The notes beneath the pieces are model-generated. The model made no database searches and was not told where the DNA came from. It was given only the letters and a program-made list of their open reading frames with translations. A DNA stretch of 64,000 nucleotides from a virus: positions 96,001-160,000 of IMG/VR virus record IMGVR_UViG_3300045988_160394. One strand, 5' to 3'. The position numbers and the translations under genes are program-made. Numbering within the stretch: the first letter of the stretch is position 1; each line of letters begins with the position of its first letter. Below are positions 11,132 to 21,269 of this stretch, piece after piece.

Positions 11132-11668
11132 ATGTTATCTAAAGAATCATTATGTTTCACATGTGATAATAGAAAAATTTGTAGACATTTTTATAATGCA
11201 AATATGGAGTTTTCTTTATCTATAGAAATAAAACAATGTGATAATGTGAAATTAAAAGAGAATTTTCCTAAAATAAATTCAACATTAATAGCAAATGGAG
11301 AACCTAAAACTGCTTTATTAAATACTACTCCTTCTTTATCAGAAGGCTATGTAGATTTAAAACAATATGACACTATAGGTAAAGTATCTATAGAAAAATT
11401 AGAAGTTGAAAAAAGTCTTTGTGAAATATGTAAAAATAAAAAACCAATCACTGAATTACTTAAATGTAATAAATGTGGAAAAACAGTTTGTCAATCTTGT
11501 AGTAATACATTTAAAGATATAGATACTAAGGAATTAGAAACTATATGTTATGAATGTAAACCTGATGACAAATCTATTGATTGGGATATAAAAAGTTTTG
11601 TAGAAGAGGAAGATAAAAATGGAAGAAAGAACAATAAATCATCTAGTACAAAATCTAAAAAATCATAA
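11132..11668 (+). CDS. Cys-rich zinc-ribbon protein (178 aa)
   Basis: Several CxxC pairs (CEICKNK...CNKCGKTVCQSC...CYEC) and a basic tail. Confidence 0.5.
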   Translation: MLSKESLCFTCDNRKICRHFYNANMEFSLSIEIKQCDNVKLKENFPKINSTLIANGEPKTALLNTTPSLSEGYVDLKQYDTIGKVSIEKLEVEKSLCEICKNKKPITELLKCNKCGKTVCQSCSNTFKDIDTKELETICYECKPDDKSIDWDIKSFVEEEDKNGRKNNKSSSTKSKKS

Positions 11669-12401
11669 AGATGCTGTAATTATATATGGGAATAGAACAG
11701 ATTTTAACACTTTAAAAATCGATGAATCAACTAAAGATGATTATAGTAGAAAAAAAATGATAAAAGAACCTAATGAGTTCTGGAAATACTATAAAGAAAA
11801 GATTTATGACCAAGATAGTGTTAAAACTCCATCCTGTATAGATGAAGCAATTAATGCATTTATCGAAACAGGTACAGTTAAACTTCTAATTAATCTTAAT
11901 TATACAGATCATATCAATGGTGTTGATGTAATTAATTTAAAAGGTAGAGCAAAACATTTAAGATGTATGTCTTGTAATAAAGATTTTGAAATAACAGATA
12001 ATTTATTAGAAGAAGCTATTAATGGAGAATCTATTCTTAAATGTGATGAATGTGGAGGAAAAATATCTCCAACAGTCATGATGTTTAATGAAAAATATAA
12101 GGACGAGCATATACAAAAAATAAAAGATGCTATATTTAAAGAAGATGAAAAATTCAATATATTATTGAATACACATACTTTAATATTTATAGACGTTGAC
12201 TTTGGTGAAAATTATTTAGACGAAGTAATAGAAAGTTATTCAGCTATTAAGTCTAATGTAGAATCAGATGATGAACATTTTTATACTGTAATGATATGTA
12301 ATAAAGATGGTATATCTATAGACTATTATAAACCTGAATTTGCTACGTATGAAGATATAGCAGATTCTGTTACTAGACTAAATAATTTATTATTAGACTA
12401 A
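11619..12401 (+). CDS. Sir2-like (sirtuin-fold) protein, divergent
   Basis: CMSC-x25-CDECGG followed by ISPTVMMFNE (compare Sir2: CxxC...CxxCGG.hRP.VV.FGE). The N-terminal GAGxS NAD motif is not evident. Overlaps the previous ORF by 50 nt. Confidence 0.5.
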   Translation: MEERTINHLVQNLKNHKDAVIIYGNRTDFNTLKIDESTKDDYSRKKMIKEPNEFWKYYKEKIYDQDSVKTPSCIDEAINAFIETGTVKLLINLNYTDHINGVDVINLKGRAKHLRCMSCNKDFEITDNLLEEAINGESILKCDECGGKISPTVMMFNEKYKDEHIQKIKDAIFKEDEKFNILLNTHTLIFIDVDFGENYLDEVIESYSAIKSNVESDDEHFYTVMICNKDGISIDYYKPEFATYEDIADSVTRLNNLLLD

Positions 12402-12442
12402 GGTATTAAAATATTTAATATAATAAAAAAGGGGTTTTAGTT

Positions 12443-12781
12443 ATGACAGTAAATGAAATTGAAGTATTTGAATTCCTTAAGGCAAAGTCAAGAATAAAGA
12501 ATCTAGATATCAATGATCTTCAATCTTTACTGACTAACGCCTCAAAAGGTAAAACATTTAAAAATTATACAATAAAGATGTTGAACAAAGGTTCATCAAT
12601 TCTTATACATGACTCTTTAACAAATAATAATACGTTATTGTCATGTGTATGTGACATATGTAAAGACTATCCTAAGAATTGTTCACAAATAAGAAAACAA
12701 TTAGGATTAGATAGTATGTCAAATAATTGTGCTGAATGTTATGTAAAACATATAGAAAGAATTAATAAAGGTGAAATTTAA
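12443..12781 (+). CDS. small Cys-rich hypothetical protein (112 aa)
   Basis: Intact ORF with RBS AAGGGG, ends TAA. Confidence 0.45.
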   Translation: MTVNEIEVFEFLKAKSRIKNLDINDLQSLLTNASKGKTFKNYTIKMLNKGSSILIHDSLTNNNTLLSCVCDICKDYPKNCSQIRKQLGLDSMSNNCAECYVKHIERINKGEI

Positions 12782-12794
12782 GGAGGAATTTACA

Positions 12795-13070
12795 ATGAAT
12801 AAAATGGAATTAGTATCAAGAATGGCTGAGAAATCAGGATTAACTAAAAAGGACTCAGAAGCTGCATTAAAAGCTTTCATCGAATCTGTAGAAGAAACAT
12901 TAGTAGCTGGAGATAAAGTTCAATTAATAGGATTTGGTACTTTTGAAACAAGAGAAAGAGCTGCTAGAGAAGGTAGAAACCCTCAAACTAAAGAGGTAAT
13001 TCATATACCTGCTTCAATAGCTCCTGCATTCAAAGCTGCTAGCACTTTAAAAGAAAAATTAAACAAATAA
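12795..13070 (+). CDS. hup: HU/IHF-family DNA-binding protein
   Basis: MNKMELVSRMAEKSGLTKKDSEAALKAF...GFGTFETRERAAREGRNPQTKEVIHIPA is a full-length HU fold with the RNPQT arm. AAGGAGGA precedes ATG 12795. Confidence 0.9.
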   Translation: MNKMELVSRMAEKSGLTKKDSEAALKAFIESVEETLVAGDKVQLIGFGTFETRERAAREGRNPQTKEVIHIPASIAPAFKAASTLKEKLNK

Positions 13071-13098
13071 TGTTTGTTTAAATATAATTAATTAATAT

Positions 13099-13128
13099 AG
13101 GCTAAGGTAATACTTAGCCTTATTTTTT
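13099..13128 (+). terminator. intrinsic terminator
   Basis: aggctaag-gtaata-cttagcct followed by tatttttt. Confidence 0.75.
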
Positions 13129-13140
13129 GGAGGTATATTA

Positions 13141-13788
13141 ATGTTAATGGATAATGTAAAACAAGTATTTATTGTTCCGTATGATAAAACAACTGATATT
13201 AGTAATGGATTTACTAGACAAAAACATGACGCATCTATTTGAAAAAAATATAATGATATAGGAAAATTTATTGATATTGATGTTGCAAATGATAATATAG
13301 CTATGCAACAAATAACACCTTTTACAATAATAAAAAGAGGTAATAAATATTTAACAACTGTATTTAATCAAAATGGATTTGAAAAATTATCTATTGGAAT
13401 AGGCAATAATATAGAAACTCAAGATGGAGTTTCATCACCTTTGTTTAATGGGGCTGTTAGAACTTTATTAGAAAGTGTAAATATAGATTGTTTAGTTCCA
13501 TTAATCCATGTAGGTACAGTTAGAGATAAAAATAAACTTCCTAATTATATTGGATATGTTTTTGTATTTAATGATATAGCAGAATCTGTTGTATATAAAG
13601 ACAAAATTGCTTATAAAAGTGGTGGTTGTAATTATTATACAAACAATGTTGATAATCACGATAAAGATGATATATCATATGAAATAAAAGGTGAATGGTT
13701 AACAATTGATGAATTAATTAATAAATATGGTAAACTTGATACTTGGACTCGTCATATTGTCAGCTATTTAGTAGATTCTGACTTCTAA
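13141..13788 (+). CDS. hypothetical protein (215 aa) with one in-frame TGA; weak Nudix-like resemblance
   Basis: ATG 13141 follows GGAGG. It is in frame with ORF-track 13303..13788 through TGA at 13240. Confidence 0.55.
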
Positions 13789-13880
13789 TTATGGTATTAT
13801 ATTCAAACAACAATAATGATTAACGGATAATGATTATCCATATAATAATAAGTACCGAAAAAAATTAGGGGGAGGAAAAA

Positions 13881-16013
13881 ATGATGAATCATATTATATT
13901 AAAAAGAGATGGAAGCGAAACTGCTTTTGACTCAAAAAAAATTAAAAATGCTATATTAAAAGCCATGAAAAATGGTAGTGGAATAATAAAGAAAGGCATA
14001 GCTGAACAAATAGCTAATGAAGCAGAAAATGCATTATTCCAATCTGATAATTTACCTACAACTGTAGACCAAGTAGAAGATTATGTTTACTTTGCTTTAT
14101 TAGAATACGGTGAAGACTTAACAGCTAAGTTATATGAAGGATATAGAACCGTACAAGCTTTTAAAAGAAACATTAATACTACTGATGAATCTATATTAGA
14201 ATTAGTTAGTTATAATAATAAAGACGTAATGGAAGAGAACTCTAATAAAAATGCTAGACTAGCTTCTACTCAACGTGATTTAATAGCTGGAGAAGTTAGT
14301 AAAGATATTTCTAGAAGAGTTTTAATTCCAGCAGAATTTGTACAAGCTCATGATGAGGGTATAATACATTGGCATGATATGGACTATAGTTTACAGCCTA
14401 TATTTAACTGCTGTTTATTAAACTTAGAGGATATGCTAGATAACGGAACTGTTATAAATGAGAAACTAGTAGAGTCTCCTAACAGTTTTGCTACAGCATG
14501 TACTATAACTACTCAAATAATGGCTCAAGTATCTTCAGGCCAATATGGTGGTCAATCTATAACCATTAAGCATTTAGCTAAATATTTAAGAAGAAGTAGA
14601 GTTAGATACTATAAGTTATTAAAAGAAACAATAAAAGACGCTAAGGTGTTAAAAGATACACTTGATGTATTATGTAAACAAGAACTTAAAGACGGTATCC
14701 AAACTATTAGATATCAATTAAGTACTCTTCAAACAAGTAACGGGCAAAGTCCTTTCTGCACAATCTATTTAGAGGTAGAAGTGGGAGATCCTTATGAAGA
14801 AGAATGTGCGGCTATCATTGAAGAGATGTTACATCAAAGAATAACTGGAATGAAGAATGTTAATGGTCAAGAAATAGGAGAAGCTTTCCCTAAACTTGTT
14901 TACCTATTAGACGAAGATAATTGTTTAGAAGGAGGCAAATATGACTATTTAACTAAATTAGCTGCTGAATGTACAGCTAAAAGACTTGTTCCTGATTATC
15001 AATCTAAATTAATGATGATGAAGAACTATGAAGGAGAATATTTCCCTCCTATGGGTTGTCGTTCACATTTATCACCTTGGAAAGATGAAAATGGAAAATA
15101 CAAATGGTATGGTAGATTCAATCAAGGTGTTGTATCTATAAACTTACCTCAAATAGGTATTTTAGCTAAAGAAGATCCAGCTATATTCTGGGACTTATTA
15201 GATGAAAGATTAGATCTTTGTAAGAGAGCTTTATTAAAGAGACATGAGCTATTAAAAGGAACATTAAGTGATGTTTCTCCTATCCATTGGCAACATGGAG
15301 CTATTGCTAGACTTAAACCAGGCGAAAAGATAGACAAATATCTTATGGATGGATATTCTACATTATCTTTAGGTTATGTAGGAATTCACGAAATGGTTCA
15401 AGCATTAATAGGTGAATCACATACAACTAAAAAAGGTGAACAATTAGCTGTTGCTGTTATGGAACATTTAAATAACAAATGTAAAGAATGGAAAGCAGAA
15501 ACTGGTTTAGGATTTAGTTTATATGGTACTCCTGCTGAAAGTTTAGTATATAGATTCTGTAGATTAGACAAAGAAAGATTTGGAGAAATTCCTAATGTAA
15601 CAGATAAGTTATATTATACTAATAGCTATCATGTTAATGTACGTGAAGAAATAGATGCCTTTGATAAATTAAAATTTGAAAGTCAATTCCACGATATATC
15701 TTTAGGAGGATGTATTTCATATATAGAAACTCCTAACTTAGTAAACAATACAGAAGCGATAGAAGATGTAATAAGATATGGTTATAGACATATACAATAC
15801 TTTGAAATCAACTCTAGACCAGACGTTTGTTATAAATGTGGGTATAGAGGAGAAATGCAAATAAATGAAAATTTAGAATGGTATTGTCCTTGTTGTGGAA
15901 ATAACGATCAAAATCAAATGCAAGTAATGAGACGTACTTGCGGCTATATTGGCTCTAGTTTCTGGAACAAAGGAAAGACTCAAGAAATTAAAGAAAGAGT
16001 ATTCCATTTATAG
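13881..16013 (+). CDS. nrdD: anaerobic ribonucleoside-triphosphate reductase
   Basis: ATP-cone N-terminus, C-terminal Zn ribbon CYKCGY...CPCCG and glycyl-radical motif RRTCGYIG. All 8 Trp codons are TGG. Confidence 0.95.
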   Translation: MMNHIILKRDGSETAFDSKKIKNAILKAMKNGSGIIKKGIAEQIANEAENALFQSDNLPTTVDQVEDYVYFALLEYGEDLTAKLYEGYRTVQAFKRNINTTDESILELVSYNNKDVMEENSNKNARLASTQRDLIAGEVSKDISRRVLIPAEFVQAHDEGIIHWHDMDYSLQPIFNCCLLNLEDMLDNGTVINEKLVESPNSFATACTITTQIMAQVSSGQYGGQSITIKHLAKYLRRSRVRYYKLLKETIKDAKVLKDTLDVLCKQELKDGIQTIRYQLSTLQTSNGQSPFCTIYLEVEVGDPYEEECAAIIEEMLHQRITGMKNVNGQEIGEAFPKLVYLLDEDNCLEGGKYDYLTKLAAECTAKRLVPDYQSKLMMMKNYEGEYFPPMGCRSHLSPWKDENGKYKWYGRFNQGVVSINLPQIGILAKEDPAIFWDLLDERLDLCKRALLKRHELLKGTLSDVSPIHWQHGAIARLKPGEKIDKYLMDGYSTLSLGYVGIHEMVQALIGESHTTKKGEQLAVAVMEHLNNKCKEWKAETGLGFSLYGTPAESLVYRFCRLDKERFGEIPNVTDKLYYTNSYHVNVREEIDAFDKLKFESQFHDISLGGCISYIETPNLVNNTEAIEDVIRYGYRHIQYFEINSRPDVCYKCGYRGEMQINENLEWYCPCCGNNDQNQMQVMRRTCGYIGSSFWNKGKTQEIKERVFHL

Positions 16014-16028
16014 AAAGAAGTGTTTTAA

Positions 16029-16535
16029 ATGTATTATGCACAAATAAGGCGTAGTGATACAGCTAATGGCCCTGGCGTTAGAGTTTCTCTTTTTGTAAGT
16101 GGATGTACACATAATTGTAAAGGTTGTTTCAATAAAGAACAACAATCATTTACTTATGGTAATATTTTTACACAAGAAGAAGAAAATAAAATTATAGAGT
16201 TAGTTAAAAGAGAAGGAATAAGAGGTATTAACATTTTAGGAGGAGAGCCTATGCAACAAATCATGGACTCTACTCTAGTTAATCTCTTAAAAAGAATTAA
16301 ATCTGAAACAAATAAATCTATATGGCTATGGTCAGGATATCTTTATGAAGATATTATAGCTGATAAAAAAAGATTAGAAATCTTAAAGTACGTAGATGTA
16401 CTAGTGGATGGACAATTCAAAGAACAATTAAAAGACATAAGATTAAAACATAGAGGTTCTTCTAATCAAAGAATCATAGATGTACAACAATCTTTAAAAA
16501 ATAATGTTATAATAGAAAAGGAAGAGCTTTATTAG
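16029..16535 (+). CDS. nrdG: anaerobic RNR activating radical-SAM enzyme
   Basis: CxxxCxxC cluster GCTHNCKGCFN. Lies immediately downstream of nrdD. Confidence 0.9.
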   Translation: MYYAQIRRSDTANGPGVRVSLFVSGCTHNCKGCFNKEQQSFTYGNIFTQEEENKIIELVKREGIRGINILGGEPMQQIMDSTLVNLLKRIKSETNKSIWLWSGYLYEDIIADKKRLEILKYVDVLVDGQFKEQLKDIRLKHRGSSNQRIIDVQQSLKNNVIIEKEELY

Positions 16536-16572
16536 CTTCTTCCTTATTTTATTTCGCTTAGGAGGATTTTAT

Positions 16573-17070
16573 ATGTTAAACAAAATTAAATTACCAATCA
16601 AAGTATTAAGAGATGATGTTATAATACCAAACTATGCTCATGGTGTAGAAGATAGCGGTATGGATTTATATACTGCTGCAATAGCTGTTAAAGTAAATGG
16701 AGAATGGGTAGAATCAGATGAATACACATTATCTCCAAACGAAACAGTTTTAATTAAGACAGGAATAGCAGCTGCTGCTCCAATAGGAACAGAATTACAA
16801 GTTAGACCTACTTCAGGTAATAGCTTAAAAACAATGTTAAGAGTTGCTAATGCTCCTGGAACAATAGATGCAGGATATAGAAACGAAATTGGTGTCATAA
16901 TTACTAATACTGGTACAACTAATGTAACTATAAGTAAAAACGATAAAATAGCTCAAATGGTTTTAGTACCTATTTTACATGCAGATATACAAGTTGTAGA
17001 TGAACTTCCAACATCAGATAGAGGTTTAGATGGTTACGGATCTACTGGTACTATAAAAGACATTAAATAG
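16573..17070 (+). CDS. dut: dUTPase (trimeric dUTP diphosphatase)
   Basis: Motifs SGMDLY, RPTSGNS, GTIDAGYRNEIGVII, AQMVLVP and DRGLDGYGSTG. Confidence 0.8.
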   Translation: MLNKIKLPIKVLRDDVIIPNYAHGVEDSGMDLYTAAIAVKVNGEWVESDEYTLSPNETVLIKTGIAAAAPIGTELQVRPTSGNSLKTMLRVANAPGTIDAGYRNEIGVIITNTGTTNVTISKNDKIAQMVLVPILHADIQVVDELPTSDRGLDGYGSTGTIKDIK

Positions 17071-17078
17071 GTTTTATT

Positions 17079-17456
17079 ATGATATATACAACTTATTTGA
17101 GTAATATAAAATCTATACCAGATAATACTGTAAAAATACTCATAATGAGATATAAACCGAAATGGTTATATAAATATAATGATGACATTGCTTGGGAGCC
17201 ATTATTAGCTCCTAGAATGTTTGATGAGTATAAGTTTGATAACAATATATCAAAACAAGAATTGTTTGATGATTATTACGATTATTTAGAGAATAGCGAG
17301 ATTCCTAGTAAAGTTACATCTAAAATAATTGACTATATAAAAGAAGGCAAAAATGTTTGTTTTATATGTTGTGAAAAAGAATTATATGATTGCCATAGAA
17401 GAGTATTGGCAGAATGTATTTCTAAAAAAACAAACGTAGAATGGAAAGAATTATAA
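17079..17456 (+). CDS. DUF488-like protein
   Basis: C-terminal VCFICCEKELYDCHRRVLAECI matches the LLC.C....CHR signature of DUF488 (recalled). Confidence 0.55.
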   Translation: MIYTTYLSNIKSIPDNTVKILIMRYKPKWLYKYNDDIAWEPLLAPRMFDEYKFDNNISKQELFDDYYDYLENSEIPSKVTSKIIDYIKEGKNVCFICCEKELYDCHRRVLAECISKKTNVEWKEL

Positions 17457-17527
17457 AACGGATTTAAGATTTAATAAAGAAAGGTGGTGGACCTGTTGTA
17501 AAATATATAATAAAGCAACAGGAAACA

Positions 17528-17773
17528 ATGACAAAAGTAAAGTGTGACTTAACAGGATGTAAGTACAATAGTAGCTGCTGTTCATCTCCGCATGATTCAG
17601 TAGAAACATATTGCACTAAAGAGAGTATAGCGTTAGTAGTTGATGAGGATTTCTTATCTATGGATTGTCAAGAATACGTAGATGAATATGATAAAGAAAT
17701 AGAATGTAAATCTTGTCAAATGAAAAAATATGGAGGGATAAAATTCCCAAATAAAATAAATTTTAAATTATAG
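17528..17773 (+). CDS. small Cys-rich protein, DUF1540-like
   Basis: VKCDLTGCKYNSSCCSSP resembles the DUF1540 repeat (recalled). Confidence 0.4.
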   Translation: MTKVKCDLTGCKYNSSCCSSPHDSVETYCTKESIALVVDEDFLSMDCQEYVDEYDKEIECKSCQMKKYGGIKFPNKINFKL

Positions 17774-17834
17774 TATATAGCCTCATATGTGAAGTAATAT
17801 TCTATTGAATATATTTCACTGGAGGTAATGTGTT

Positions 17835-18080
17835 ATGAACGAAAAATTTAAAAATTATGGATTATGGGTTTCTTTATTCGCTTTACTAGGATTATTCTTA
17901 TCTGATATGAGTTGAATGCCTCATAACTATGATATGTATGTATCAATAATACTAAGTATCTTAGTCGGTTTAGGAATAGTTTCTAGCCCTGAAAAAGGAA
18001 AGTGGTATGGTGATAAACAAGATCAACTTCCACAAGAAAATGAAGAACCTAAAGACATATCTGAAAAAGACAAAAAGTAG
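17835..18080 (+). CDS. holin (phiLC3 / Phage_holin_1-like), one in-frame TGA
   Basis: 81 aa with two hydrophobic segments (LWVSLFALLGLFL; VSIILSILVGLGIV) and a charged tail, in the pattern IL.ILV.LGIV..P..G. TGA at 17913 is codon 27. RBS GGAGG. Missed by the ORF track. Confidence 0.6.
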
Positions 18081-18085
18081 TTAAA

Positions 18086-18112
18086 GGACAGGTTTTATAC
18101 CTGTCTTTTTTA
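18086..18112 (+). terminator. intrinsic terminator
   Basis: ggacagg-ttttata-cctgtct followed by a T run. Confidence 0.75.
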
Positions 18113-18142
18113 TTGCAACAAAACATGAGGAGGGAGTAAGAT

Positions 18143-21100
18143 ATGCAGAATAAATATATACCGTCTCATTTACATACTACTACAGGTAGTATAGGAGACT
18201 CAATAATAAAAATACCAGAACTAATTAAAAAAGCTAAACAACTAGATTTGCCTGCAATCGCCATCACTAATCATGGGTCTATGGCAGATATGTATGATTT
18301 TTATTTTGAATGCGTTTCTAACAATATAAAACCTATTATTGGATGTGAAGTATATACAACTGATGATATGGATTATAAAGAAAAAGATGCAAGACGAAAT
18401 GGACATCTAGTTATTTTAGCAAAGGATAACAATGGATTAAAGAATTTACTATCTATAACAGCCGCTGCACAATTACAAGGTTTTTATTATAAGCCTAGAA
18501 TTGATTATAACTTCTTAGAATCTACTGATACTTCTGGTTTAATAGCTACAACAGCTTGTGCAGGAAGTGATGTTAATCAATTGATATTACAAGATAAAAT
18601 AGAAGAAGCTAAAGAATTGATATTAAGGATTAATAATATATTTGAAACGTTCTTTTTAGAAATCCAACCAGGTGATTTCGATGAACAGAAAAAAATAAAT
18701 AAGCAATTGATAAAATTCAGCAATGAATTAAAGATACCATTAATAGCTTCTAATGATATACATTATTTAAATGCAGAAGATTTTATAGCACATGATGCTC
18801 ATGTTAAAAGCTATAGAAAACAGAAGTTGAATGATACGCTTTATTATCCTGATACTTGTTATTATTTAATGACAAGAGAAGAATTATTTGAAGCGTTATC
18901 TAAATATGTAAATGAAGATATTGCAAATACGGCTATTAATAATACTTTATTATTAAATGATATGTGTAACGTTGTTATAGATGTAAATGAATTAAATCTA
19001 CCTACTTTTCAGTGTCCACAAAAAATGACACCAAAAGCTTATCTAGAATATATCTGTTTACAAAAAATAGATAAAATAAAAGATAAGATTTGTGATGTAG
19101 TAGAGTATACAGATAGAATGTATATGGAGCTAGAAGTAATAGATAAATTAGGGTTCTGTTCTTATTATTTAATAGTAAGAGACTTTATGGAATATGCAAG
19201 AGAAAATAATATACCATATGGACCAGGCAGAGGTTCTGTATGTGGTTCATTAGTAGCTTATTTAGCAGGATTAATAAAGATAGATGCTATTAAATATAAT
19301 CTGTTATTTGATAGATTTTTATCTATTCATAGAACTGGTTCTATTCCTGATGTTGATTCAGATTTTGGATCATCAGGAAGACAAATGATGTTCGACTATG
19401 TTGTTAATAAGTATGGAGCAGATCATTGTGCAGCAGTTTCTACATTCCAAATGAGAAAAGCAAAATCAGCTATTAAAGATGCAGCTAGAATGTTAGACTT
19501 AGTTGAAGAAGGAGAGTGTATAGCTAAACTTATTCCTATGGTCTATTATGATGATGATGGAGATAAATTAACAGATTTATCTATAGAGGATTCTTTAAAA
19601 GCTGTTGAGGAATTAAGAGAATTTAAAGAAATATATCCTAAAATATTTGATATAGCCATGAAGATGGAAGGATTACCTAGATCTTCATCTATACATGCTG
19701 CTGGAACATTAATAGCTAAAACTCCATTGCATGATTTAATACCTATGATTAAGAAAAAAGATAGTGACTTATTAAATGCTACTAGTTTCGATTTATCTCA
19801 AGCAGAGAAAATGAAATTAGTTAAATATGATTTCTTAGGGTTATCTACTTTAGATGTATTAGAAGAAACTAAGAAAACAACAGGTTATTATTTTGATATA
19901 GAATTTGATAAATATGATGATGAAAATGTATGGAAGTTAATAGGTTCTAGAAATACTACAGCTTTATTCCAAATAGCTTCTTCTACTTATAAACAAAGAA
20001 TGTGGAGATTAAAACCACAAACAATAGAAGAATTAGCTGCTTGTTTAGCATTAGTTAGAGGACCTTGTATTTCAGCTAAAACAGATCAAACATATATAAG
20101 AATATTAGAAGGTAAAGAAGAAGTAAAAACAATTCATCCTTTTTATGATAATGCCGTTAAAGATACATTAGGTATTATGATATATCAAGAACAATTAATG
20201 GAATGTTGTCATAATTTTGGTTTACCTTTACATGTATGTTACGATATAATGAAAGCAGCGGCTAAAAAGAAGTTTGATAAACTTGAAAGTTATGAACAAG
20301 AATTGTGGGAATTGGCCGAACCACATATGAGTAAAGAAACTTTCGATATTATCTTTAAGATAATAGTTGATTCTGGATTATATTCATTTAACAAATCACA
20401 TGCAGTTGCTTATGCTACTTTATGTTATGAAACAGCATATTATAAATACTATTATCCTAAAGAATATTTAGCAGCTGAACTTACTAACATTTTTACATCT
20501 GTTGCAGCAGACAAAAGAAAAGAAAGAGTTGCTGAAACTGTTAAAGACTGTAGAAGATTAGGTATTAAATTTTTACCTATAACAGCACAAGATTCTGAAT
20601 GGAAATTTAAAGTCGAAGGTGATTCTATAAGAATAGGTATGTGTTCCATATCTTCTTTTGGTGAAAAAGCTTATAACGCCTTTTCTTTAGTTGAGGATAA
20701 AACAAGTATTGAATCCGTTTTTGAATCTGTTAATAAAACAACCTGTAATAAAAAAGCTTTTAATGCTTTAATATTTGCAGGTGCTTTTGGTGATAGAACT
20801 CAAGCATATTTAAAATATTGTGAATTAAGAGATGAATCACCAGTAGATGAAATAGTTTTTCATAAAACATTACGTGTTAATATATATGAAGATGATAGAG
20901 AAATAGAAGAAAAACTATTATCTTATAATTTTATATATAATCTAACAAACAATTTAAATGCTTTCGGATACAAGAATTTAAAGAAGAAAGCAGAGTTTTA
21001 TTGCGATGCTTTAATTACAAGAGTAAAAACAAAGAATGATAAGAATAAAAATAAAATGGCATGGATAACATTAGAGACAGGAGACGGCATTATAGAAGGT

Positions 21101-21217
21101 GTCGTCTTTGCTAATGTATATGCTAAATATAGAGCTCTTATTAAAAAAGATTCTTTTGTAAAAATTAAAGCAAGAAAAGAAGATGATGAAACTTGTTTTG
21201 TTAGTAGCATAGAATAG
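18143..21217 (+). CDS. dnaE: DNA polymerase III alpha-subunit homologue (DnaE type), copy 1
   Basis: PHP region PSHLHTTTGSIGDS (atypical), PGRGSVCGSLVAYLAGL, catalytic IPDVDSDF, FNKSHAVAYA. No TGA. Confidence 0.9.
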   Translation: MQNKYIPSHLHTTTGSIGDSIIKIPELIKKAKQLDLPAIAITNHGSMADMYDFYFECVSNNIKPIIGCEVYTTDDMDYKEKDARRNGHLVILAKDNNGLKNLLSITAAAQLQGFYYKPRIDYNFLESTDTSGLIATTACAGSDVNQLILQDKIEEAKELILRINNIFETFFLEIQPGDFDEQKKINKQLIKFSNELKIPLIASNDIHYLNAEDFIAHDAHVKSYRKQKLNDTLYYPDTCYYLMTREELFEALSKYVNEDIANTAINNTLLLNDMCNVVIDVNELNLPTFQCPQKMTPKAYLEYICLQKIDKIKDKICDVVEYTDRMYMELEVIDKLGFCSYYLIVRDFMEYARENNIPYGPGRGSVCGSLVAYLAGLIKIDAIKYNLLFDRFLSIHRTGSIPDVDSDFGSSGRQMMFDYVVNKYGADHCAAVSTFQMRKAKSAIKDAARMLDLVEEGECIAKLIPMVYYDDDGDKLTDLSIEDSLKAVEELREFKEIYPKIFDIAMKMEGLPRSSSIHAAGTLIAKTPLHDLIPMIKKKDSDLLNATSFDLSQAEKMKLVKYDFLGLSTLDVLEETKKTTGYYFDIEFDKYDDENVWKLIGSRNTTALFQIASSTYKQRMWRLKPQTIEELAACLALVRGPCISAKTDQTYIRILEGKEEVKTIHPFYDNAVKDTLGIMIYQEQLMECCHNFGLPLHVCYDIMKAAAKKKFDKLESYEQELWELAEPHMSKETFDIIFKIIVDSGLYSFNKSHAVAYATLCYETAYYKYYYPKEYLAAELTNIFTSVAADKRKERVAETVKDCRRLGIKFLPITAQDSEWKFKVEGDSIRIGMCSISSFGEKAYNAFSLVEDKTSIESVFESVNKTTCNKKAFNALIFAGAFGDRTQAYLKYCELRDESPVDEIVFHKTLRVNIYEDDREIEEKLLSYNFIYNLTNNLNAFGYKNLKKKAEFYCDALITRVKTKNDKNKNKMAWITLETGDGIIEGVVFANVYAKYRALIKKDSFVKIKARKEDDETCFVSSIE

Positions 21218-21269
21218 CTCTTTTATAGGGCTATTCAGTACATAACCAAATAAAGAAGGAGGATTAGAT

